The notes under the pieces were generated by a model. That model saw only the letters and a list, made by a program, of their open reading frames with translations. It was not told the origin of the DNA and searched no databases. Made by a program: the position numbers and the translations under genes. From NCBI GenBank assembly GCA_973895155.1, contig OZ316892.1:882917-946916 (forward strand): a stretch of 64,000 bases of DNA, written 5' to 3'. Each line of letters opens with the position of its first letter. Position 1 is the first letter of the stretch. Source of the DNA: Marsupella aquatica (lineage: Eukaryota > Plantae > Marchantiophyta). Shown piece after piece: positions 11,137 to 21,812 of the stretch.

Positions 11137-12899
11137 TGGTCTTAGGATCTATATGGATGGTAGTGATAAGGTTAACTTGGCAGGACTTATTCTTCCCAGG
11201 AGGTAGGGAATCAAGGTAGCCGACAGCCGGAGCTTCATCTGCGGGTGTGATGGTAAGGATTGGGAAACTAGGAAAATGGTGATCAGGTTGATCGGAAGGA
11301 CTATAAGGTGAGGTGGGAGAATGATTGGGAGAAGAGTGGGAGAGGGGAGAACCAAACTTGGAGGTGTGGTAGTGTACTGCAACGTACACCTGAGTAGGTT
11401 TGCAGTTGAACATCTGGGTAAGCCTGATAACTAGATTCTCACAATACTCCAAGTGATGATCTTGACTTATAGCAGCAGTAGCTCTCTGTAGTACTTCCTC
11501 CATCACTTCAACTATGTGCTCTGGATCGCACTCTAACATAGAGGTAATCTTTGAAATTAATTCAGAATGATACTGAACCTCTTCTGAAGCATGCTGAGGG
11601 ATCCGAGGTTGTTGTTGGAGCTGCTGATTAACATAAGCCACTGGTTGATGTTCTTCTGCAATCCCCACAATGTCAATATCCATATCCTCACCACCAACCT
11701 GTTCTTCAACTTCATGAGAAGGTGGTCCCTATAACAAACTTTGGATAACAGCTAGGGGTCCTTCGGTAGGGTGAGTACATAGATGTAGGGTCTTGAGGTT
11801 CAGAGATAGGGACATCAGGAAAACCTTCTCTCTGTGGGACCGTTTTCAAGTCACGCACAAGAGCGACTACTTCTCCAGGGCTACAAGATAAAATCTCAGT
11901 CAAGGCTTCCACAATACCTTGGTAATAGAAAATCTGTCTTGCTTCCTGATCAAGAGGATCTACTAGGGAGAGAGTAGCTTGGGGTCTCTCAACACAATCT
12001 GTCAGCGAAGCAGTTGCAGGCGGAATAACTTCAGTGGGTTTGGAAAGGAGAGGTGAGCTTGGTGGTGCAATGGGATCCCTTTCCTCACTGGTAGGATCAT
12101 GCTGCTGATCTACTGGGGAAGGTATTGGTGTCTCTTCCTCACCTTCACCTTCAGGTAGATCTCCTTCTTCCGGAACTTCAAAGGGAAGTTCATCAAGTAG
12201 CCTTTGGCGCTCTATTTTCTCCTCAAGCAGCAAGCAATCTCCCTGGAAGTAAAGCTGGCTGAGATAAGCAGGTAAGCAGTTTAGCTTTCTAGTTTTAACT
12301 TACTTCACTTGTGAGAGCACTATCTTTCGTAGCAGCAGAGCCCAATTTACTTCAGCAATCTTCTTCCAAGAAGTGTATAGAGTATTAGCTAAAGACACAG
12401 GAACCATCTGGGGTCGGTTCGGATGCAGGATAGGAACGAGGAAATCAAGAATCAGTCGGAAGGTGTAGTCAATACACTGATGCAGCTTCCAACCGTGTTT
12501 ACTTCGTTGAACCCCTGCAAACATGGATTCGGAAACCGGGTCCCGTCCAGATACCAGATTAATCCCAGTCAAAGGACAATGAAAATCTCGGGCAAATAAA
12601 TCGATATTCCATTGTTCCGGTTTGGCCCTCACTGTATCCTCCATACCTTTGAGATGCGGGGAACAATCCTGAAATCCCTGCAAGTACGTAGGAGAAATAG
12701 TGTTCCAGGGCATAAGAAGGAGTTGTTTAAGATGCATCGCTTCCAATGCCTCGGCAAGTGCCATCAAATCCTGAGGAAGTGTTGGAAGTAGAGCTGGTAC
12801 TGCTCTTGGGAGGCCGTTGCTCACTGCAAGGTCTTCATCACTTCCTGTGGGCGAAGTCACGGTGAACTTGTCAAAAACGCAAGGGCTGCAAAGCTCCAA
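11137..12899 (-). pseudogene. Retroelement accessory ORF Y (LLLMPW...FLVPILHPNRP...EVNWALL domain plus Pro/Glu-rich tail)
   Basis: Collinear ORF pieces 12899-12300, 12233-11712, 11683-11137; motif pattern recalled from TE-associated hypothetical proteins of bryophytes; truncated by the element ending at 11136. Confidence 0.55.
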
Positions 12900-14141
12900 A
12901 GCGCAAAGGCGTCTAAGTGCTTTTTCTCTACTCGAGAAAAAGAAAAGATTGCGGCGCTAGGGTAGACATTGCGAGGTCCGCACTATAAGGAGTTTGGGGC
13001 TGCATAGTTATCTTCTTTGGTGCGCAGGGAGGATTAGGTCAATCCTCCTGGTTGATCTTGAGGTGTTGATCTTCCCTCCGAACTAATAGTTAGTCACTAA
13101 TCTACAGTTTAAGTAGTGTTTAACTCCTAATAACTTCTAAGTTCCTATAACACCACGCAGAGTAGTTATAAAGTCTTTGTTAGTTACAAAAAATTTAAAA
13201 TTTTACTATTTTTTATGATTCTTACTTAACCTACTATATTACAAGCAGACGAGCTCAATTGTTCTTAATGACTAGGTGTCTCGCCTATGATAAGAGTAAA
13301 GATGAAGAGCCCCAATGGTGAGGTGAGTCTAGGAGTCTAGCTGGAAATTAACCCCTACGCACCACCTCGCATCTCTGTCTAGTGGAATAATTTATAGGAT
13401 GCAGGCCTTTTATACATTGATCTGGCGGTAGTCGAACCATTCGGGGGTGGATAAGGGAAAAGAGGTAGTGTCCCCTTTTTCCTCTCCCCCGGGTGGGTCG
13501 GACGCAGTTGGAAGGGTTCACCTCCGCTAATGAGTACCGTCTTGTGACCTCGTGATCAGAATAGGAGAAGGTGTGCTCGGGGGAGGTTTGGACAAAGTAG
13601 AGCACTCTGAGTGGACGTCCAAGCTAAGCCTAAACCAAACTCACAGCCCTATACTTGGTCCGGATACAATCATGATATGACATCGGGTACGAAAGCATGT
13701 AGCCAGGATACCGAAACCGAAGGTTAGGATCACGAGAACTATGCATAGTCATGCCTTTAGAAAATTCGTCCGTGACTTGGTGCCTCTTTTTGATTAGTGG
13801 TGTGTATCCACGCAGTAGTAGTAGTAGAAGAGTTGTATTGGTGTTCAATTCATATTGGTGTGAAGCTTGATAACCCAGGGCTATAGAAGGGTTCCCTCGG
13901 AAGAGGATTGTTAAGTAGTTACAAAGGTCTATTCACTTATCCCGAGCCAAACACGACACTCATCAAGGGAAAAGACTGGTCCGAATGCATAATCCTGACT
14001 TGGGTTTGCTGCTTTCCTGTGCTCCACCCCGACGCAATGATTAAATGGAGCTTAAATAATTTATAGAACTAAGATAAAGGGTCAAGTCTTTTAAAACATA
14101 GAAAGTTTAATTTCACACTGCTTTAAATTGGTCCCCGGACA

Positions 14142-14345
14142 CCGGGTTCGGGTTAGACTAAACTCGGGTTAGCCTAAACTTGGGCTTGGGTTAGCATAGG
14201 TAAGTTCGGGTTTGGGCTCAGCTTAGCCTAGGTTAGCGGATAGCGGGTAGCGGCCTAACCTGAGACCACGGGTTAGCTCTACTCAGGTTAGATAGGATAG
14301 CTAGGTTAGCCAAACTCGGGTTAGCTATGTAACTCGGGTTAGCAC
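14142..14345. repeat. Degenerate short-unit repeat array (cgggttag/ggttagc)
   Basis: Many imperfect copies of (ct)cgggttagc. Confidence 0.75.
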
Positions 14346-17145
14346 AAGAGTGAGTACCCCCTCTCGATTGCGGGCATAACTTTTTGTGTATTTGACCAAA
14401 TTGGCTATAATTGACCTCGTTGGAAAGAGGAGCTCAAGTCGCTTCAAACTCTGCTATCTACATAGCAAATGGTTGAATAGAGAAATCAAGAGAGGAGGCA
14501 CAAGCTTGCAAAAACTATGGAGGAGGGCCAAATCCGAAGTACATAGCCAATTCAAGATAGAAATAAAGCTGCAAGTTAGGGTTCAATAGTTAGAGATAGT
14601 GGCGGCTCTGTTAGGGCTAGGAAGGGGCTCCAGCAACATAACATCCACCCATTTGGGCTCAATGTGAGAGTATATAGAGCAACGCCTCGATAGAGGCAAG
14701 GTGGGGACTTCAATTGTGTGATCTCACATAGACTGAGCAACAGGGAGGAGCTCTGTGCAAGGAAGGCTGGGCTTGGAAGCTGTGTGTTGGGGAGAGTTTG
14801 GTTGTGCTATTACTTACGGAGTAATCAGCCACGCTTCGCAATAGTTGGCCAATTTTGTGAGCTAGATTGTGGCTCTTTCTAGTAGGCAACACAACTAGGT
14901 TCTTTTCCCTTGATACAGAGCCTTGGTGATAGGTGATGTGTTGGTGATTGTAAACTATGGGGAGGATTTCAATTTGTTTTGCGATGAGCACATTAGGGAG
15001 GCTAAGACACTAATTGAGGGGCAATAGGAGGAGTATTTACAGTTCAGTCTGGCAAGGCTACGTGATCCATGGGAAGTCCCGCCCTTTGTCTAGTAGAGAG
15101 CACTAAGGAATTTATGGCCAAAGCTGAGAGCTTGTAGGGCAAGCATGAGGCTGGGCCTCATTGCAGTCTGGGGTAGATTGCTGTTAGGCCTGGTACTAGC
15201 TTTGAAGTTGAGTCAACCGTGCATGCGTAACTTGACATTCTCAAATGGAGCTGTGAGATCTGTATGTGCCCCCAAGAATGAAGTGCAGTGAAGGAGGTTG
15301 AGTTTAGGATTGAGTACAAGGCAAGTACGGGATTGGTTAATTTGAGTCCAATCTACCATCGCAATCTGGAGTGAGCCGGGCTTAGGTTCAGGATTGAGCT
15401 TGCATGGCAAGCACGGGGCTTGTAGGGCAAGCATGTCACAATCTGGAGTAGACTGCCTTTGGGCCTACTTTTTGGATCAATTGTTCTCAATGAACTATTG
15501 TGCACATCTTTGAATCTAATTGAGTTTTCCTCTCAGGCCTCATTTCTCTCATGGATGTGTATGTGTGAGGCAATCTGAGTGTATGATGGGACTAGCAGCA
15601 CCACTGAGAGGTGTATCGGGTGCATTGAAGTGGGTTGGGTGAGGGCTATCATAGCTCTGATTGCTGAGAGTGTAATGACAGAGTGGTGAGGCAATGGCTT
15701 AGAAGTCCCTAAGTCGAGAATCAATTAGGAGTCACTAGTTTATGGGTACATTTTGGCGGCAGAATAGAAACATACCTATGGCAATAAGCATATGTATAGA
15801 CACATGCGCACGGTAGTGCTAGGCCTTGTGTGAACGGGCCCAATATGAAGACCCCTTCTCACCAGAACTATTATGAGCACAGAATTTGATTCCCAACCTT
15901 GGTTCCTAGGGATTGAGCTTGGGTGATGTCTGATAGAGTCTTGCTATGATAGTTTGGCGTTAAGGGCATAAACTGGTGTTTACCAGCCTTTACAGCATCC
16001 CTTTGTGATCCTCAAGTACAAGGAGATGGTTTTGGCACCCAATAGTGACATTTTTGGTGTTAAGAACCATGTCAATCTGTGATGCCTAGCCAGGAATCAT
16101 TAAGCAGTTTAAATAGTAAAATCAGGAGTGTACCCTAGGAAACACCTTAGTATAGTAACAAAAATAGGGAAATATAAACAATTGAGGGTAACTATGGAAC
16201 CCAAGCCGAGGCTGAAAGTAAGGACGTCGGGGGAAACACGATTAGGGTTAGGGCGCGCTAAGTATCGGCGGCTACCAACGGGAAGGAAGACCAGCCAAAG
16301 AGGGGGGTAAGGACCGAGCACAAGGACTGGCGGCTCATTTGCAAACACAAGCCAAGCAGACGCCTACGAGAGGCCAACTGCTGTCCACTGCTCAGGCAAG
16401 CACTCGGGGTGGAAGCAGATACCGACGATCAACTCAAGAGGGGTATGAGCAACGTCAATCAAGCGGCTCATTTTTGGGGATGTCTGTTAGAACTGGCAAC
16501 TGAGTACATTGGAACCTACGAGGACGAAGAATCGGAGAGAGCGGCTCGAGAATGGCAGGAGCTTGCTCGGCTGTGGGAGCTGCAGAAGTCTACTTTCTTA
16601 GGAGGAAAACTCATTACGGCTGAATTCTTGTGGATGCCTACTGCCGACGAACTTGACAATCTCCTGTTTTGTGAGAACAAGATAGTCGGCATCCGGGAGG
16701 CCATCAATCGCTGCAACGACATACACTGGGAGTTGAAGGGTAGCAGGAAGGGGTGGACAAAGGCAATCGTGCTAGGAGAAACATCCACGGCAACCGCTAT
16801 GAAAAGGAAAGGGAACAACAACGAAGAAGCCACCCCTGCAAAAAGAACGAGGTTGGCGGCACCCAAGAAACCAGTAGAGTAGGGTAGCAAGAGGCAGGCG
16901 GAAGCCGAAGAGGAGGAGGTCGATCCCGTCAATGTCGTTCCAACAAGAGATGACACGTGGAAAGGTTGGGCGGCGACCCTCCCCGAGGAGGTACAATTAC
17001 ACTTTGCGCGGGAGGAGGATGCATGCTTTACGGTGTCGTGATAATTCAATTATTCATGATGAAATCATTACCACTAAGTATATTAGTAAGTATATAGGTT
17101 AGATTTATATTTTGTTACGGAGTAACTAAATAATTTGACTATTAC

Positions 17146-17540
17146 GTATGTGCATGCAAGGTAAGCAACTATGCAAACCACAAGTTGCATGCACAAATTG
17201 TTTGGATGCATGTACAAATTGTTTTATTTGCAAACAATAATCGTTTTATGTGCATGCAAGGTGAGCAAATGTGCAAGCCACAAGGTGCATGCACAAATTG
17301 TTTTAGATGCATGCAAATTGTTTTATTTGCATGCATTAGTTATTTTATGTGCATGCAAGGTGAGCAAATGTACAAGCCACAAGGTGCATGCACAAATTGT
17401 TTTAGATGCATGCAAATTGTTTTATTTGCATGCATTAGTTGTTTTATGCGCATGCAAGGTGAGCAAATGTGCAAGCCACAAGATGCACGCATGCACAAAT
17501 TGTTTTAGGTGCATGCATTAGTTGTTTTACTTGCATGCAT
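17146..17540 (+). repeat. 99-bp tandem array rich in TGCATGCA, in LTR U3
   Basis: About 4 units, period 99 bp (33-aa periodicity visible in the ORF track). Confidence 0.9.
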
Positions 17541-17768
17541 TATTATTTTTGATTGCAATAGTACTAGCACACATTCCTACGTTGGATGTGTGCCACTTGG
17601 CTTTCATCCAAGCGTTTGGGCGTAATCCATGCCCTCTTGGATTCAATATTAATAAAGTGGTGAGGGGCACTCTCTCCTCATTCCCACATTTTGATAATTC
17701 CCGCGTCGAAGCGATGCTCTTTTCTTCTCTCATCTTTTTCTTCTATTCTTTACCTTATGTACATAGTA

Positions 17769-17980
17769 GTGGGGCATCCTTTGGCCATAGCAAAGGAATG
17801 AGTGGTAGACTTATAGATGGGACCTTAGGGAACAAGGTCTCTTTGGGAACTTAGGGGTGGGGCATCCTTTGGCCCGGATAGCAAAGGAATGAGTGATAGA
17901 CTTATAGATGGGACCTTAGGGAACAAGCTCTCTTTGGGAACTTAGGGGTGGGGCATCCTTTGGCCCGGATAGCAAAGGGA
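17769..17980 (+). repeat. ~90-bp tandem repeat in LTR leader upstream of microprotein A
   Basis: gtggggcatcctttggcccggatagcaaagg...gggaacttaggg about 2.3 times; about 1.3 times in copy 3. Confidence 0.85.
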
Positions 17981-17993
17981 AAAGAGAGTCATT

Positions 17994-18209
17994 ATGAATC
18001 CAGGAGGGAGAGATATCCCTAATCTTCCCCTTCATAACCCATTTTTGGTTAGAGTCCATCTTTTAGACAAGCCATCCATGAGGCAACATTTAACTTATCA
18101 CTTTGGAGCTCAATTTGCAGCTGCTGTTATGAGTTCTAATGGGCCAATAGTATACCCAATAGTGTCTTATCAAGAGGAGTGGGAGTGCATTATCTTTGTC
18201 CTTTATTGA
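17994..18209 (+). CDS. LTR-encoded microprotein A (copy 2), 71 aa
   Basis: Intact ORF; homolog of 1141-1365 and 21074-21289. Confidence 0.7.
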   Translation: MNPGGRDIPNLPLHNPFLVRVHLLDKPSMRQHLTYHFGAQFAAAVMSSNGPIVYPIVSYQEEWECIIFVLY

Positions 18210-18213
18210 AGTC

Positions 18214-18420
18214 ATGGATCTAAATAGGAGTCCAGATGACATTCCTATCTCATTTTCTCTTGGAGATATTAGGATTGTATGTCGTAGAAAAATTAGTTTT
18301 CGAGATGTGTTGATCCGCAAGTATGGTGAAGTAGGATTTAATAGTATATTAGTTTCACCTGAACCTTTCTTAATACCCACCACCCTTCTTACAAGAGTTA
18401 TCATTTTGGTTTTAGTGTAG
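18214..18420 (+). CDS. LTR-encoded microprotein B (copy 2), 68 aa
   Basis: ATG 4 nt after the ORF A stop (tga-agtc-atg); homolog of 1371-1580 and 20863-21069. Confidence 0.7.
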   Translation: MDLNRSPDDIPISFSLGDIRIVCRRKISFRDVLIRKYGEVGFNSILVSPEPFLIPTTLLTRVIILVLV

Positions 18421-20862
18421 AACTTATGGGCATGCAAGGTTGACTTCATAAGAGCCAACATGCTCTTACCAGAAAACACGGTCACCCGGACAACGGCTAT
18501 GCAGACCCAGAAATACCAGGGCTTCATGGCCGGATCCGGCTTGGAAGCATTCGTAAAGTTACCATGGCTGAAGCCGAAAGTGCCGGATGCAGACTTACTG
18601 GAATTCGTGGGATCATGGGAGCCCGAGACCAATTCCACAAGGGTGTATGGGAAGGATTTTTATCTCACTCCTCGGGTGATTGCCAAAGTGTTTGGCTTGC
18701 CGATGGGCAATAAGACCAAGGTAGAGACCAGGAAGACCTTGCCAGACAAGGAGTTCCGGTCATTTCCAGGGCCATCAACGAAGAATGGCTTCTTCCAAAA
18801 CACCTGCACAAACCCGCACATAGGAGAAATGATTGATTTCTTGCGGGTGACTATGCATTGTAACTTGCCGAGGGCAGAGATCGGCAAGGCACAAGTCTAT
18901 CTGGCGGAGAGGTCAGACCCAAGCCGAGACTACAACGGGTACCTCCTCAACCAACTAAAGAAGACCTTGAAGGAGGAAAAGCTGGTGATTGGCATGGGAA
19001 GCGTGTCCCAGCTCGGCTATCACATGCCGTTGTTGTGCCGGTATGCCCAAAGCCAGATATTCGCCCCGGTACTGCCCCTGCAGGCAATAGCACCAGAGGA
19101 GGTTCTGGAACCGAGGCCGGCAATAGAGAAACCAACCCAGCCCGACAGTCCTACAATCGAGCAGGTATTTACGCCAAGGAAGGACTTGCCGATGCAGCAA
19201 CCAGGCATGCAGAATCTGCTGAAATTGCTGGAGAAGGAAAGGAGAACGGCAACGGCAATGGGACTAGTATAGAATATGGCTCCCAAAGTCGGCCTTAGCC
19301 AACTTACCAGGGAAAACCCCTTTACCGGAGCCAAGGAGAGAAGGAGGCCGGAACACGAGCCGGGAGTTCGAATGTATGTAGGAGCTTCAAGTCCCAAAGC
19401 CGAGGAGAAGCAGCCCGAGGCCCCTGGTCCCGATAGGGAGAAGATGAGATCAACGTGGAAGCCGGAGGAACCAGGACCCGTGATCTATGGGGTTGTGTTC
19501 ACAACAGGACCAGGACAGCAGCGGGGGGAGCCGGTAGTCCAAGCCGAGGAGGAGGCAGTAGAAGGCTACGACAATGATGACTCCGGCTACGGGTCGGACC
19601 ATCATGTTCCAGGAATAAGGACCTGTGGCAGGTTCATCCCCACTCTTCCAAGAGTAATTCGAGGGGACCCGACCCAGCACAGCAGCCCCGAGTCTCCCCC
19701 ACCAGATGTCGCTCCCCCGAGTTTTAACGGCATAAAATAGATGACACAAGAGTTTCAGGAGAGACGTAGAGAGGAAGAGGAGGCAGCCCTGGCAAGGGAG
19801 AAGGATTTACCAGGAGGAGAATGGCCAGAGGACATCCGGCGGCTTGCATAAACAAGAAGCAGCCCGCCAGCCACGATAGAAGAAATTTGCAAGATTGCTT
19901 GGGAACAAAGGCCGCGATGGATGATGCCGATGACTTCTGCTCACTCCGCCTATGCTAAAGAACGAGCCATGGAGTATGGGGAGATGTGTGGGGAACTTGC
20001 GCTCGACATCTTTGGGAAGGAGTTGGAGCAGGGACCTTTTTTCCAGAGAGAAATGTTGGAGAAACACCGATTAGAAGAAGCGGTGGCTTTGGAAAGAACC
20101 AAGAAGGACAAGGTCATCCGTCGGCTTAGGGCAAGGGAAGCCGAGGTAGAAGACCTAAAGGCGTCCAAGAAAGCCCAAGATGAGCTGCGGATTAAGCGGC
20201 ATGAGCTCAACATCATGCAAGGGCAATTGAATACCGCGTAGTTTGATAATCAAATTATCAAGGATAAACTGACTCGGACCCAATGTGATCTGGCTGATTC
20301 GATCAAGGAGAAGGAGAAGTGGAAGCGCGAGCTGAGAGATGCAGAGGAGGCCCACATAGCAGCCAACAATCGGGCCATGGTGGAAACTCAGAGGAGGGAA
20401 AGGGCGCTAAAGGGGGAACTCGAGGATATCCGTGGAGCCCTTGAGCAAAAGGAGGCCGAGTTAGGGAAATCCTATCAGGCGATTATCGAGCTGCGGCAGG
20501 AGCTCGCATCCATGACGGCCAGCTTCAAAGCCGACCTCCGCGAGAAAGACGACCAGCTCGACCAGACTTATGCCAAGATGAATAAAATGGAGTCTGAGGT
20601 CGTTTCGAAGCTCGACAAGGAGCTGAGAGCAACCCAAGAGGAGAGAGCAACCTTAAAGAAGGAATTGGAGAAAGCCCAGAAGGAGCGGGAGGAGGTGCGG
20701 AAGGACCTGGATGAATTGCAGGAGGAGTTGGAGGAAAGCACACGGAAGATGGAGAACTTACAGCGGCGAGCCGAAAACCAAACAGAGCAGTGTCCGGGTG
20801 ACCGTATTTTCTGGTAAGAGCATGTTGGCTCTTACGAAGTTAACTTTGCATGCCCATAAGTT

Positions 20863-21069
20863 TTACACTAAAACCAAAATGATAATTCTAGTAACAAGGG
20901 TAGTGAGTATTAAGAAAGGTTCAGGTGAAACTAAAATACTGTTAAACCCTACTTCACCATACTTGCGGACCAACACATCACGGAAATTAGCTTTCTTACG
21001 ACATATGATCCTAATATCTCCAAGAGAAAATGAAACAGGAATATTGTCTGGACTCCTATTCAAATCCAT
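20863..21069 (-). CDS. LTR-encoded microprotein B (copy 3), 68 aa
   Basis: MDLNRSPDNIPVSFSLGDIRIICRKKANFRDVLVRKYGEVGFNSILVSPEPFLI..., intact. Confidence 0.7.
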   Translation of the reverse strand: MDLNRSPDNIPVSFSLGDIRIICRKKANFRDVLVRKYGEVGFNSILVSPEPFLILTTLVTRIIILVLV

Positions 21070-21073
21070 GACT

Positions 21074-21289
21074 TCAATAAAGGACAAAGATAATGCATTC
21101 CCACTCCTCACGGTACGACACTACTGGGTATATTATCGACTCATTAGAAATCATAACAGCAGTTGCAAACTGAGCTCCAAAATGATAGATTAAATGTTGT
21201 CTCATAGATGGTTTGTCTAAAAAATGGACTCTAATCAAAAATGGATTACGAAGGGGAAGATCAGGGATAACTCTCTCTCCTGGATTCAT
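21074..21289 (-). CDS. LTR-encoded microprotein A (copy 3), 71 aa
   Basis: MNPGERVIPDLPLRNPFLIRVHFLDKPSMRQHL...EEWECIIFVLY, intact. Confidence 0.7.
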   Translation of the reverse strand: MNPGERVIPDLPLRNPFLIRVHFLDKPSMRQHLIYHFGAQFATAVMISNESIIYPVVSYREEWECIIFVLY

Positions 21290-21594
21290 GATGCCTCTTC
21301 TATCCAGGCCAAAGGACGCCCCATCCCTAAATTCCCAAAGAAACCTTATTCCCTAAGGTCCCATCTATAAGTGTACCGCTCGTTGCTTTGCTATCCGGGC
21401 CAAAGGACGCCCCACTACTATGTTTAAGGCACAAAGAGCTTCACAACCTTGAATGATAAACACTGCGGAATGAGGGGAGAGTGCCCCTCACCACTTTATT
21501 TATAGTGCACACCAAGAGGGCATGGATCAAGCCCAAACACTTGGATGAAGGCCAAGTGTCAAACATCTAATACTTAAGAGTGTGCTAGTACTGT

Positions 21595-21812
21595 TCATAG
21601 TTGGTGAAACTACTTTTAGTAGGTGGAACTACCATGCGTTGGTGGACCTACTATGCGTTTGTGGACCTACTGTGCGTTGGTAAAACTACTGTAGTTGGTA
21701 GAACTACTATGCGCTGGTGGACCTACTGTGCGTTGGTAGAACTACTATGCGTTGGTGAATATTATTGTAGTTGGTGAAACTACTCATATGCATTGGTGGA
21801 ACTACTATAGTC
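21595..21812. repeat. ~20-bp tandem array (gttggtggacctactatgc-like) in LTR U3
   Basis: About 10 imperfect units. Confidence 0.9.

Larger units (their letters stand above)
17034..18492 (+). mobile_element. Solo LTR, smORF-encoding Gypsy LTR family (copy 2)
   Basis: TGTCGTGA...CCCGGACA with perfect 4-bp TSD ACGG; same layout as 378-1652. Confidence 0.85.

Noticed and set aside
14142-14345. Interstitial telomeric repeat
   Set aside because: Units are cgggttag/ggttagc with irregular spacing, not tandem TTAGGG or TTTAGGG
14350-16077. Possible decayed retroelement internal region
   Set aside because: No recognisable domain motif or boundary could be established by eye
17171-17521. Cys-rich ORFs of 107-116 aa
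   Set aside because: Translation artefacts of the 99-bp tandem array
20711-21193. Antisense ORFs overlapping the microprotein pair (also 18090-18638)
   Set aside because: They cross insertion junctions and are not conserved in copy 1; shadows of the sense ORFs
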